A DNA stretch of 64,000 nucleotides from NCBI GenBank assembly GCA_052386995.1, contig JBQTJP010000110.1, positions 50,730 to 114,729 of the forward strand, given 5' to 3'. The notes under the pieces are model-generated. The model was not told the origin of the DNA. It ran no database searches and was given only the letters and a program-made list of their open reading frames with translations. Both the position numbers and the translations under genes were made by a program. The stretch's first letter is position 1. Each line of letters starts with the position of its first letter. The DNA comes from Armatimonadota bacterium. GTDB lineage: Bacteria > Sysuimicrobiota > Sysuimicrobiia > Sysuimicrobiales > Humicultoraceae. Below, one piece after another: positions 27,492 to 36,628 of this stretch.

Positions 27492-28130
27492 CTAGGGATT
27501 GCCGGCGAGTCGTTCGGCCAAAAGCGCCGTAACCTCACCGTCATCCACCTGCACGAAATTCTCATAGAACTGACCGACCGCGTGAAAGATCGCCGGGGAC
27601 GCGAGACACACGACTTCATCCGCCTCCCGCGCAAGCCGCACGATGCCCTCCGGCGGGGCAACGGGAACGGCGGCAACGAGTCGGGCCGGCGCCATGGCGC
27701 GCACGGCGCGCAGCGCCGCGATCATGGTCGCGCCGGTCGCGATGCCGTCATCGACGACGATCGCGGCCCGGCCCTCCAGCGATGAAATCGGGCGGTCGCC
27801 GCGATAGACCTGCACGCGCCGCGCAATCTCCGCGCGCTGCGCCGCGATCTCCTGGGCCAGGTACCCGGCCCCGATTCCACGGGCGATTGCGTCGTCGATG
27901 AAGACGGCGCCTCCTTCGGCCACTGCACCGATGGCGAGTTCGGGATTGTAGGGCGCGCGCAGCTTGCGCGGGACGATCACGTCGAGCGGGGCCCGCAGAT
28001 GCGCCGCCACTTCGTGTCCCACCACCACGCCCCCGCGAGGCACGGCGATGACGAGCGGACGGCGGTCGCGCAGATGATCGAGCGCCGCGGCCAGACGGCG
28101 ACCCGCATCACGCCGGTCAACGAAGACCAT
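27492..28130 (-). CDS. Phosphoribosyltransferase-family protein
   Basis: FVDRRDAGRRLA, PRGGV, VVDDGIATGAT PRPP loop. Confidence 0.9.
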   Translation of the reverse strand: MVFVDRRDAGRRLAAALDHLRDRRPLVIAVPRGGVVVGHEVAAHLRAPLDVIVPRKLRAPYNPELAIGAVAEGGAVFIDDAIARGIGAGYLAQEIAAQRAEIARRVQVYRGDRPISSLEGRAAIVVDDGIATGATMIAALRAVRAMAPARLVAAVPVAPPEGIVRLAREADEVVCLASPAIFHAVGQFYENFVQVDDGEVTALLAERLAGNP

Positions 28131-28142
28131 CTGGGCGTCTTC

Positions 28143-28601
28143 CTACGTCTGGGCGATCGCGCGCTGCTCTTCCTCCGACAGGGTGAGCGTCGATCGACCG
28201 CTGCTCACGGGCTTCGCGTAGGCGCGGGCGCCGTCACGACCGTTGATAACGCTCAGCACCACCCCATCTTGCCGCTTATTGAGCAGCGCCAGGCTGAAAC
28301 TGAGCTGCCCGCCCGCTCCGTGAAAGGCATCGTACCGGACGACGCCCACCCGCTGCACGCTGCGCTCGGCCTGCTGGACCGCTTCATCGACCCGCGCCGC
28401 CAGTTGCTCGAGGCGTCGTGCCGCGGTGCCGAGATCGCGTTCCACGGTGACCAGCCGTTCCAGAATCTTCGGGTCGCCGGTTGTCACGGCAACGCGCCGT
28501 TCCAGGGTTCGCAGACGCGCGCCTGCGGACACGATTGCCGTGGCGAGCACGGCGCATGCGATCAGGGCCAGGGCGGTCCAAGCATCAGGACCTGCGGACA
28601 T
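28143..28601 (-). CDS. DUF4446-like membrane-anchored coiled-coil protein
   Basis: N-terminal TM; VRYDAF..GGQLSFSLALL, YAKPV, LSEEE motifs; sits downstream of parB. Confidence 0.8.
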   Translation of the reverse strand: MSAGPDAWTALALIACAVLATAIVSAGARLRTLERRVAVTTGDPKILERLVTVERDLGTAARRLEQLAARVDEAVQQAERSVQRVGVVRYDAFHGAGGQLSFSLALLNKRQDGVVLSVINGRDGARAYAKPVSSGRSTLTLSEEEQRAIAQT

Positions 28602-28684
28602 CGTCGATTTTCGCCTCCGCGGACAGGACTCCGTTCTTCCACGATATCGGGGGCAACTCCTGTCCTACACCGCGTCGTGCAGGC

Positions 28685-29272
28685 TTACGACCCCGCGGTC
28701 AACCCGAGAGCGGGAGCGATGCTGCGCATCGCGTCGACGACATTGGCGACATGCTCATCGAACGGCACGCCGAGCGCGTCGGCTGCGCGCACCATCTCGT
28801 CACGGTCAACCGCCCGCGCAAACGCCTTGTCCTTCATCTTTTTCCGCACAGCCGCAGCATCCACACCCTCGAGACTGCGCCCTGGACGCACGAGGGCGAC
28901 GGCGACGATGAATCCGGTCAAATCGTCGCACGCATGCAGTGCCAGCTCCATGTGGGAGTGGCGAGTCACGCCCGAATAGTCGGCATGGGAGAGGATCGCT
29001 CGGCAGATCTCCTCCGGATAACCCACACTGCGGAGGTGCTCTACACCCTGAAACGGATGCCCGGCCTCTTGAGAGGGAAAACGCTCGTAGTCAAAGTCGT
29101 GGAGCAGCCCGACGAGTCCCCACAAGGACTCGTCTTCGCCAACGCGCCGCGCGTAGCTCCGCATGGCCGCCTCTACCGCCAGCATATGTTTGCGGAGGTT
29201 GGGGTTCGCGGTCCACTCCGACACGAGCGCCCACGCGTCCTCACGCGGCGGGAGGCGATCCGCAGGCGTCAT
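28685..29272 (-). CDS. HD-domain hydrolase (HDIG type)
   Basis: KHMLAVE, GLLHDFDYE, ACDDLTG. Confidence 0.88.
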   Translation of the reverse strand: MTPADRLPPREDAWALVSEWTANPNLRKHMLAVEAAMRSYARRVGEDESLWGLVGLLHDFDYERFPSQEAGHPFQGVEHLRSVGYPEEICRAILSHADYSGVTRHSHMELALHACDDLTGFIVAVALVRPGRSLEGVDAAAVRKKMKDKAFARAVDRDEMVRAADALGVPFDEHVANVVDAMRSIAPALGLTAGS

Positions 29273-30171
29273 GGCTTGCCGACCGTTCCGCCCCCGAGTG
29301 CCGTCAGCAGTCTGTCCAGGTCGTCCGCCGTGTAGAACGCGATTCGGATCTCACCCCGGCCCTTCTGATCCGCCCTGATCCTGACAGGGGCGCCGAGAGA
29401 TGCGGAGAGATTTAGTTCTATTATATTCAACTCAGCGGCATCTTGCCTGGACCTTTGGGGTATTTCACGTGAAATAATCCGGCGCTTTGCGGCAATCTCT
29501 GTCTCCCTTACTGAAAGCCCCTTCGCCTCGACCATCCTCCAGACATCAAGTAGCCGGGATGGGGGTTCTATGCCCAGGAGCGCTCTGGCGTGGCCCTCGG
29601 TCAGCCTGCCGGCCTCGACTGCTGCCTGAACCTCTGGTGGAAGCGCAAGTAGGCGCAGCGTGTTGGCCACCGACGGCTGGCTCCGGCTCACACGCCTGGC
29701 CACAGCATCCTGACTCAGACCGAACTCCTCGGTCAGTCGCCGGTATGCCCTCGCCCGGTCGATGGCATTCAGGTCCTCCCGCTGCAGATTCTCCACGAGC
29801 GCGGCCTCAAGCGCCCCCCGATCGTCGAGGTCGCGCACGATCGCCGGGATGGCACGAAGCCCAGCGGCCCTCGCCGCACGCCACCGTCGCTCGCCCGCCA
29901 CGAGTTCGTACCCCTCTGCCGCCGGCCTGACGAGCACAGGCTGAAGAACCCCCTGCTCCTGAATCGAGGCCGCCAGCTCCGCGAGGGGCGCGTCTTCAAA
30001 TACCGCTCGAGGCTGGCGGCTGGCAGGCCTGATCTGATCGATGGCGATCTCGGTAACGCCCGATTCGACCTGCTGACCCGCACCCGGGATCAAGGCTCCC
30101 AGGCCGCGGCCGAGTCCCCGGGGCCGCTGTGCCCGCGCTGGATCACGAAGCGGTTGTGGGCTGTCGTCCAC
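29269..30171 (-). CDS. parB: Chromosome partition protein ParB/Spo0J
   Basis: GLGRGLGAL, QPR, GERRWRA, ENLQREDL, HTH. Confidence 0.96.
   Translation of the reverse strand: MDDSPQPLRDPARAQRPRGLGRGLGALIPGAGQQVESGVTEIAIDQIRPASRQPRAVFEDAPLAELAASIQEQGVLQPVLVRPAAEGYELVAGERRWRAARAAGLRAIPAIVRDLDDRGALEAALVENLQREDLNAIDRARAYRRLTEEFGLSQDAVARRVSRSQPSVANTLRLLALPPEVQAAVEAGRLTEGHARALLGIEPPSRLLDVWRMVEAKGLSVRETEIAAKRRIISREIPQRSRQDAAELNIIELNLSASLGAPVRIRADQKGRGEIRIAFYTADDLDRLLTALGGGTVGKP
29461..29476. promoter_or_regulatory. parS: parS site
   Basis: Perfect palindrome TATTTCACGTGAAATA versus consensus TGTTTCACGTGAAACA; inside parB. Confidence 0.85.
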
Positions 30172-30919
30172 GTACGATCACCTCCTGGGCAAGGGCCTGA
30201 TAGGCCTTCGCGCCTCGTGACGTTGGGTCGTAGAGGGTGATGGGCTTGCCGTGGCTAGGCGCTTCTGCGAGCCGGACGCTACGGGGGATCACGGTCCCGT
30301 ACACCCGGTCCCCAAAGTACCGCCTCACCTCAGCCGCCACTTGGTCGGAAAGGTTCGTACGCGGGTCGTACATTGTCAGCACCACGCCGCTGATCTCAAG
30401 CCCGGCATTAAGGTGGCGCTTTACGAGTTCGATGGACTGAAGGAGCTGGGTGAGGCCCTCAAGGGCGTAGTACTCGCACTGGATTGGTATCAGCGCTTCC
30501 GTGGCCGCCGTCAGGGCATTGATCGTCAGCAACCCAAGGGACGGCGGGCAGTCAATCAGGACGACGGGGAAGTCGGCTTCGGAGAGTGCGTACCGCAGAC
30601 GCGTCTCCCGGCCCACGACGGCGGCAAGCTCCACCTCTGCGCCGGCCAGGTTGATGGTACTCGGAACCAGGAACAGATCGGGGATCGCGGAAGGCAGCAC
30701 GAACCCCGAGAGGTTCTCCCCATCCAGAAGGACGTCGTACACCGAGCCCATCTGGCGATCGCGCGGGATTCCGAGGCCGCTCGTCGAGTTCGCCTGAGGA
30801 TCGAGGTCCACTACGAGCGTGCGTTGTCCGGCGGAAGCCAGGCACGCCCCGAGGTTCACGGCCGTCGTCGACTTGCCGACCCCGCCCTTCTGGTTGACGA
30901 TCGCAATAATGCGCCGCAC
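30143..30919 (-). CDS. parA: ParA/Soj ATPase
   Basis: NQKGGVGKST, DLDPQAN, DCPPSLG, EYYALEG. Start approximate (GTG 30919). Confidence 0.96.
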   Translation of the reverse strand: MRRIIAIVNQKGGVGKSTTAVNLGACLASAGQRTLVVDLDPQANSTSGLGIPRDRQMGSVYDVLLDGENLSGFVLPSAIPDLFLVPSTINLAGAEVELAAVVGRETRLRYALSEADFPVVLIDCPPSLGLLTINALTAATEALIPIQCEYYALEGLTQLLQSIELVKRHLNAGLEISGVVLTMYDPRTNLSDQVAAEVRRYFGDRVYGTVIPRSVRLAEAPSHGKPITLYDPTSRGAKAYQALAQEVIVRGRQPTTAS

Positions 30920-30962
30920 CGGCAAACGATTCGCCGGGTTGCGGTAGTGTTCCCCCCCTGCA

Positions 30963-31679
30963 CTACGGAGGCCGTCCCAGACGTCCGGCACTCCTGGGAT
31001 ATCCGGAGGGTGTCTGTGCAACCTTGTTAATCACGACAATGACCCGCTGCCTGTCGGCGGTTGGAATGGTGCGCACCTCACTGCGGGCAATCTCGCCGCC
31101 AATCGCCGCGATCAGAGGTAATGCTTTCTCGAGTTCGCCAAGGATGCGCGGGCCCTTCAGAAAGACCGCCGCCCCTCCTGGGCGCACCAGCGGAAGGCAC
31201 AGCTCCGCAGCCACACTCAGGCGGGCCGTCGCCCGCTCGACCGATCTGTCGTACGCCTCACGCCGCTCACCGCGGCGGCCGAACTCCTCCGCCCGCGCCC
31301 ACTCGATCTCCACATCGTCCAAGCCCGTGACCGCTCGGACGTGTTCCAGGAACGCGACACGGCGGCGTGAGGCTTCAATGAGCACCAGGTGAAGGTCGGG
31401 GCGGGCGATCTTGATCGGAATGCCTGGGAGCCCGGCGCCTGAGCCGACGTCCGCCACGCGACACCGCTTGGGGAAGTCGCACGCGGAGAGGGCTAGGAGC
31501 GCATCGACAAAGTGTAGGCTGACGACCTGCGCCGCGTCGCTGGCGGACGTGAGGTTGATGCGCCGGCGCCAGTGGAGAATCTCGCCGAGATATTGGTCGA
31601 ACCGTGACAGGGCCCGCTCATCCAGCGGCACGCCGAGCCCGGTCGCTACGGCGTGAAGCTGCGCCAGACCGACAAGCAC
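30963..31679 (-). CDS. rsmG: 16S rRNA m7G527 methyltransferase
   Basis: INLTS, HFVDAL, DVGSGAGLPGIP, RAEE. Confidence 0.95.
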   Translation of the reverse strand: MLVGLAQLHAVATGLGVPLDERALSRFDQYLGEILHWRRRINLTSASDAAQVVSLHFVDALLALSACDFPKRCRVADVGSGAGLPGIPIKIARPDLHLVLIEASRRRVAFLEHVRAVTGLDDVEIEWARAEEFGRRGERREAYDRSVERATARLSVAAELCLPLVRPGGAAVFLKGPRILGELEKALPLIAAIGGEIARSEVRTIPTADRQRVIVVINKVAQTPSGYPRSAGRLGRPP

Positions 31680-32350
31680 TACTGCTCTAAGTCTTCGGGG
31701 GGCAGCACGTCGTCGTCAGGAAGCCCGTCGCCGGGCGAGCGAGGGTGGACGACCACGCGCCGCTCCTGGTCCTCGCCCACGCTCGACGTCGTGACCCTCG
31801 GATCCTCCTTTAGCGCAAGATGCACGGTCCGTCGATCGCGTGGATCCATGGGCTCGAGAAAGATCGGCTTCTGCTCACGAACGGCCCTGGCGGCCGCCTG
31901 ACCTGCGACCTTCTGGAGCGCGGTCTCCCGCCTCACGCGGTACCCTTCGATATCAATCGTGACATAGGCCCGCCGGCCGAGGCGTCGCGCCAGTTGAAGC
32001 CCGACGAGAAACTCCAGCGCATCTAACGTTTGCCCCTGTTTTCCGATGAGGCCCCCGATCTCCTGGCCTTCAAGGACAACCGTGGTCCGTCCGACGCCCT
32101 CTTGGACGTCCGCTGTCACCACGTATCCCATGCGCTCCAGGATCTCGGTCGCCACCCGCTCTGCAAGCGCCCCGTCCTTCGGCCGGAGCGTGACGCGGAC
32201 ACGCGCCTCTCGCCCGCCGAGACCGAGCAGAGCGGGCCTGGGTTCCTGCAGCACCTCGACTTCAACTTCATCCCGGGTCGCGCCGATTTGACCTGTGGCC
32301 AAGGCTATCGCCCCTTCGATAGTGCGCGCCGAGGCCTCGGCCGAGCTCAC
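31679..32350 (-). CDS. jag: Jag/KhpB/EloR RNA-binding protein
   Basis: Jag_N domain, KH (LIGKQGQTLDAL), R3H (RDRRTVH). Confidence 0.93.
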   Translation of the reverse strand: MSSAEASARTIEGAIALATGQIGATRDEVEVEVLQEPRPALLGLGGREARVRVTLRPKDGALAERVATEILERMGYVVTADVQEGVGRTTVVLEGQEIGGLIGKQGQTLDALEFLVGLQLARRLGRRAYVTIDIEGYRVRRETALQKVAGQAAARAVREQKPIFLEPMDPRDRRTVHLALKEDPRVTTSSVGEDQERRVVVHPRSPGDGLPDDDVLPPEDLEQ

Positions 32351-33042
32351 TGCTGTCCCTGAGGTTTGGCAGGACCCTGACGCTGATCGCGCCTGGGAGC
32401 AACGCCGACCTTCCTGGGCCGACCCACCACCAAGTAGTACTCAGCTATATACGCCACCGTAGAAACGATCCAGTAGATAGACAATGCGACAGGAAACTGC
32501 GTCGCGAGGTACGCCACGAAGAATGGCATAAAAATAAACATCCTGGCCTGCTGTGGATCTGTGATCGTCATCTGCTGCTGCCAGTACGTTGTGACGCCGG
32601 AGAGAATCGGGATAAGAATCAGCAGCGGATGGTCGATGAACACCTGGAGCGGCCAGGGTTGACTTTCAAGGGGAATACCCGCGAACATCTCACCGCCAAA
32701 GATTCCCGGCTTGCGCAGCAGGGCGAAGAGAGCCCAGAGGACCGGTAGCTGCAGGATCAGCGGCAGACAGCCGCTGAAGGGGTTGACCTTGCTCGAACGA
32801 TAGAGGTTCATCGTTTCGATGTTCAGCTGCTTGGGGTCCTCCTTGTACTTTCGGCGCAGGACCTCGATCTGCGGCGCCAGCGAAGCCATTGCCTTCATAG
32901 ACTTGAGCTGGGTTCTCGTCAGGGGGTGCAGCACGGCCTTGATAGCGATGGTCAACAAAGTAATGGCCACCAGGTAGCTGCCCACGACGCCGTGAACGAG
33001 CTGAAGCACCTGGTTCAGTACGGAGGCAATGGAATCGATCAC
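32347..33042 (-). CDS. yidC: Membrane insertase YidC (short form)
   Basis: NPFSGCLPLILQLPV, LSIYW; no large periplasmic domain. Confidence 0.93.
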   Translation of the reverse strand: MIDSIASVLNQVLQLVHGVVGSYLVAITLLTIAIKAVLHPLTRTQLKSMKAMASLAPQIEVLRRKYKEDPKQLNIETMNLYRSSKVNPFSGCLPLILQLPVLWALFALLRKPGIFGGEMFAGIPLESQPWPLQVFIDHPLLILIPILSGVTTYWQQQMTITDPQQARMFIFMPFFVAYLATQFPVALSIYWIVSTVAYIAEYYLVVGRPRKVGVAPRRDQRQGPAKPQGQQ

Positions 33043-33055
33043 TACCCGACCTCCT

Positions 33056-33265
33056 TCAGGGCACCGGGTCGTAGCCGCCAGGGTTGAATGGGTGGCAACG
33101 GGTGAGGCGTCTGGCGCTCAAGATCGTGCCGCGCCACGGGCCGTGACGTTCGATGGCCTCTGCAGCGTACGTTGAACAGGTCGGGTAGAATCGACACGCG
33201 CGCGGGAGCAGCGGGGACAGCAGGCGTTTGTATCCAGCAATGAGCACCAGCAGCAGCCGCGTCAT
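33056..33265 (-). CDS. yidD: Membrane protein insertion efficiency factor
   Basis: [24 protein letters not shown]. Confidence 0.95.
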   Translation of the reverse strand: MTRLLLVLIAGYKRLLSPLLPRACRFYPTCSTYAAEAIERHGPWRGTILSARRLTRCHPFNPGGYDPVP

Positions 33266-33630
33266 CGGGGCTCCTTGCGATTGTCTCCGGTCAGCACTCT
33301 GGCTGCCTTCAGCGCCGCACCTACGCCATTCCGAAGCTCCGCGTAGCTGGCTGTGCCGGCGGCGGTGCGCGGCACAACGACCAGATCTACGCCGGGACTC
33401 ATCCGGGGCCGGTGTGACCTTACGGCTTCGCGCAGCCGTCGCTTCAAGCGGTTGCGCGCGACCGCCGTGCCAAACCGCCGGCCGACAGGCACCCCAAGGC
33501 GAACGGTCCCCAGGCTATTGGGGCAGGCATGAACTACGACCAAGACCTCCGTGCGGTGGGTTCCACTCTGATAGACCCGGCGAAACTCTTCGCTCCGCGT
33601 CAGCCGGCCGACCGAGGGGATCCCACCCAC
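33262..33630 (-). CDS. rnpA: RNase P protein component
   Basis: [24 protein letters not shown]. Start approximate (GTG 33630). Confidence 0.93.
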   Translation of the reverse strand: MGGIPSVGRLTRSEEFRRVYQSGTHRTEVLVVVHACPNSLGTVRLGVPVGRRFGTAVARNRLKRRLREAVRSHRPRMSPGVDLVVVPRTAAGTASYAELRNGVGAALKAARVLTGDNRKEPR

Positions 33631-33635
33631 TTCCC

Positions 33636-33776
33636 CTAGCCGGAAACGGTCAGCCGATGCCTCCCTTTCGCTCGCCGGCGCTGGAGCGTGCGGCGACCGC
33701 CCGGCGTACGCATGCGCGCACGAAACCCATGCACCCGGCGGCGGGGACGCGTCTTTGGCTGAAAGGTTCGCTTCAC
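33636..33776 (-). CDS. rpmH: 50S ribosomal protein L34
   Basis: KRTFQP...[13 protein letters not shown]...RRRAKGR; GTG start with GGGGAG RBS. Confidence 0.96.
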   Translation of the reverse strand: MKRTFQPKTRPRRRVHGFRARMRTPGGRRTLQRRRAKGRHRLTVSG

Positions 33777-33863
33777 GTGGCTCCCCCCTGAGAGCAGGCC
33801 TACTATAGCACAGCATGGAAACCGCGGCCACGACTCCCCCCGAGTCCACGCCAAGATCCGAAG

Positions 33864-34124
33864 TGTGAACAGCCTGTGGGCAATGCCCCCGTTATCAACA
33901 TCTTTGCCTGGGGCCCGCCCATCCTGGCAGCGCCGCCGCGGTTCAATAGAGCAGCAGGCAGCCGCTTTGTCCACACCGCGATGCCAGTTATCCACACGAT
34001 TCTCCACACCTGTGGACAACCCGAGAAACACGTATCAACGTTGTCATTGCGCCGGGCCTCTACGCCGCAGGAAGCCGGTACAATCGTGGAGAATTCTGCG
34101 CTCAACCGGCCTGAATTGTCCACA
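33864..34124. other. oriC: Upstream oriC DnaA-box cluster
   Basis: TTATCCACA at 33988; near matches TTATCAACA 33892, TTGTCCACA 33967 and 34116, TTCTCCACA 34000, TGTGGACAA 34011, TGTGGGCAA 33875. Confidence 0.88.
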
Positions 34125-34238
34125 ATACTGCCACGCGGGTGACCGTCCCCGGGTCGGCGTGAAATCCGCAAGCTCCCGGCCTGCGCGATAGGAGTCCTGG
34201 AGCCTGCGGCCAACTACGATTTTCGCACCTGAGGGGCA

Positions 34239-35021
34239 ATGTCGATACGGGACCTCATTGCCCGGCTGACGGAGGAGCGGCGCACAGCGCCCCCCCCCGA
34301 AAGGGAGGAGCCCGAAGTCAGGCTGGCGGTTTATGATTCACCGGCGGCACACCCTCAGGTCGTGTCGCTGCGCGGAGACGATTTTCACGCCCTCGTCGGC
34401 GAGATTGCCGCGCGCACCTATGGCGTCTCGCGTGAGCGGGGCGGAAGAGTTCCGTATGTGGTAATTCGTGAGATCGTAGAGAACTTGATCCACGCCTATT
34501 TTCAGAATGCCACGGTCACGGTCTTAGATGACGGCAACACCATCCGCATCTCCGACCAGGGGCCGGGCATCACGAACAAGGACCTGGCTTTCCTGCCAGG
34601 ATTTTCTACCGCCACAACGGAGATGCGGCGAGTGATCCGGGGAGTGGGAAGCGGGCTTCCAGTGGCCAGGGAGCAGTTGAATCTGCTCGGCGGGACCGTG
34701 ACCATTGAGGACAACCTGGATCAAGGGACCGTCGTCACGCTGAGTCTCCGCCGGGACCCGGGGCCGTCGCTCCCCGGCGATCGCCCGGCCCGCCATCGGC
34801 CCGAGGTGACCCCGCGTCAGAAGAAGGTGCTCTTGCTCATCGCGGAGCTCGGCGCGGCCGGACCGATGGCGATCGCCAGAGAGCTCGACATCAGCCACAG
34901 CACGGCGTACCGCGAGCTCCAAGCTCTCCAATCACTGAATCTCGCGACCGGCAAAGGACGGGGCAAACGGACGCTCACTGAAGAAGGCATCGCCTACCTC
35001 GACGAGGTCTTCAAGTCTTAG
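34239..35021 (+). CDS. GHKL-type ATPase fused to C-terminal winged HTH
   Basis: N-box REIVENLIHA, G1 SDQGPGI, FLPGFST, G2 GVGSGL, GTVVT; wHTH TPRQKKVLLLI...IARELDISHSTAYRELQAL...RTLTEEG. Confidence 0.85.
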   Translation: MSIRDLIARLTEERRTAPPPEREEPEVRLAVYDSPAAHPQVVSLRGDDFHALVGEIAARTYGVSRERGGRVPYVVIREIVENLIHAYFQNATVTVLDDGNTIRISDQGPGITNKDLAFLPGFSTATTEMRRVIRGVGSGLPVAREQLNLLGGTVTIEDNLDQGTVVTLSLRRDPGPSLPGDRPARHRPEVTPRQKKVLLLIAELGAAGPMAIARELDISHSTAYRELQALQSLNLATGKGRGKRTLTEEGIAYLDEVFKS

Positions 35022-35069
35022 GGCCGGGCACCGGCCCACGCAGCCGCGCACTCAGAGAGGAGACGGCTC

Positions 35070-36422
35070 GTGTCCATCGACATATCGCCCACCACGTTGT
35101 GGACGGAAGTCCTCCGTCGAATTGAAGGTCATCTTAACAAGCCCACGCTCGAGTCGTTCCTCAAAGTCATCAGACCCATCGGTCTCCAAGGCGACACGTT
35201 TGTGCTGGCCGTGCCGAATCGCTTTGCCCGCGACTGGATCGAGCAGCGCCTGCTTGTCACCGTGCGCGGCGCGTTGTCGGCAGCGATTGGCCGGGAGATC
35301 CAGGTGCAAATCACCGTGGCGGAGGTCCCGCCTCCGGCCGCTCCCGTTCGCGCGGCGCCGGCGCCTGCGGCGCCTCCGCGGACCACGGAAGGGCTGCACC
35401 TGTCGCCCAAGTACACGTTCGAGACGTTCATCGTAGGCGCCGGGAATCGCTTCGCACATGCGGCGGCGATGGCGGTGGCCGAATCCCCGGCGACATCCTA
35501 CAACCCCTTGTTTATCTACGGTGGCGTGGGGCTGGGAAAGACCCATCTGCTGCAGGCAATCGGGCATGGCGTGCTGCGCCGGGCCGGTGTCGCGCGGGCA
35601 GCATATATCAGCAGCGAAAAATTTACGAACGAGCTCATTAACGCGATTCGCGACGACAAAACCCTTGAGTTTCGCCACCGGTACCGCAATGTCGACGTTC
35701 TCCTCATCGACGACATACAGTTCCTCGCCGGAAAGGAACGCACACAAGAAGAGTTCTTTCACACTTTTAACACGCTTCACGACGCCAGTCGCCAGATCAT
35801 CATCACATCCGACCGCCCACCGAAGGAGATCCCGACCCTTGAAGACCGGCTGCGCAGCCGATTCGAATGGGGCCTGATCACCGACATCCAGCCGCCCGAT
35901 CTGGAAACACGTATCGCCATTCTCCGCAAGAAGGCCGAAACCGAAGGGATTTCTGTGCCCGATGAAGTAGCCGAGTTTATCGCGCAGCGTATCTACACGA
36001 ACATCCGCGAACTCGAGGGCGCCCTCGTACGTGTCGTCGCCTACGCATCACTTACGCGGTCTCCTATCACCGTCGAACTTGCCGCAGACGTGCTGCGGGA
36101 TCTGCTGCCTCCGACGCGTTCACGCATTGTGACCATCCAAGCTATTCAAACAGCCGTAGCGGAATTCTTCCGAATTCGGCCAGAAGAAATGCGGGCGAAA
36201 CGCCGCACAAAAGACCTAGCGTTCCCACGTCAAATTGCCATGTATCTGGCACGAGAACTCACGGACGCATCGCTTCCCCGCATCGGTGAAGAATTTGGTG
36301 GGCGAGACCACACCACGGTCATCCATGCTTGTCAGCGGGTGCGCGAAACTCTTCGCGGTGACGCCCACCTTACAGCCAGCCTCAAACGACTGACCGAAGA
36401 TCTTCAGCGACACAGTGGATAA
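35070..36422 (+). CDS. dnaA: Chromosomal replication initiator DnaA
   Basis: YNPLFIYGGVGLGKTHL, IDDIQF, RELEGA, FGGRDHTTV. Confidence 0.99.
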   Translation: MSIDISPTTLWTEVLRRIEGHLNKPTLESFLKVIRPIGLQGDTFVLAVPNRFARDWIEQRLLVTVRGALSAAIGREIQVQITVAEVPPPAAPVRAAPAPAAPPRTTEGLHLSPKYTFETFIVGAGNRFAHAAAMAVAESPATSYNPLFIYGGVGLGKTHLLQAIGHGVLRRAGVARAAYISSEKFTNELINAIRDDKTLEFRHRYRNVDVLLIDDIQFLAGKERTQEEFFHTFNTLHDASRQIIITSDRPPKEIPTLEDRLRSRFEWGLITDIQPPDLETRIAILRKKAETEGISVPDEVAEFIAQRIYTNIRELEGALVRVVAYASLTRSPITVELAADVLRDLLPPTRSRIVTIQAIQTAVAEFFRIRPEEMRAKRRTKDLAFPRQIAMYLARELTDASLPRIGEEFGGRDHTTVIHACQRVRETLRGDAHLTASLKRLTEDLQRHSG

Positions 36423-36616
36423 CCTGTGCATAAACATCAAAATGGACGAGATTGAAAGCTACTCCTATTACAAGGGCATCTTTTATCCCCGTCCTAACCA
36501 CAATAAGATTCACAGACTCATAAGCTCCACGATCCAAACAGAGTGGACTCTTTACTGGTTATCCACATCATCCACACCATCTACTACTACGACGGTTTTA
36601 TTAATATAATATATAG
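36414..36616. other. oriC: Downstream oriC (dnaA-dnaN) with DnaA boxes, DnaA-trios and AT-rich unwinding element
   Basis: AGTGGATAA 36414, TGTGCATAA 36425, tandem TTATCCACA/TCATCCACA 36559-36576, CTACTACTACGAC 36581-36593, AT run 36596-36616. Confidence 0.92.
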
Positions 36617-36628
36617 AGGAGAATAACT

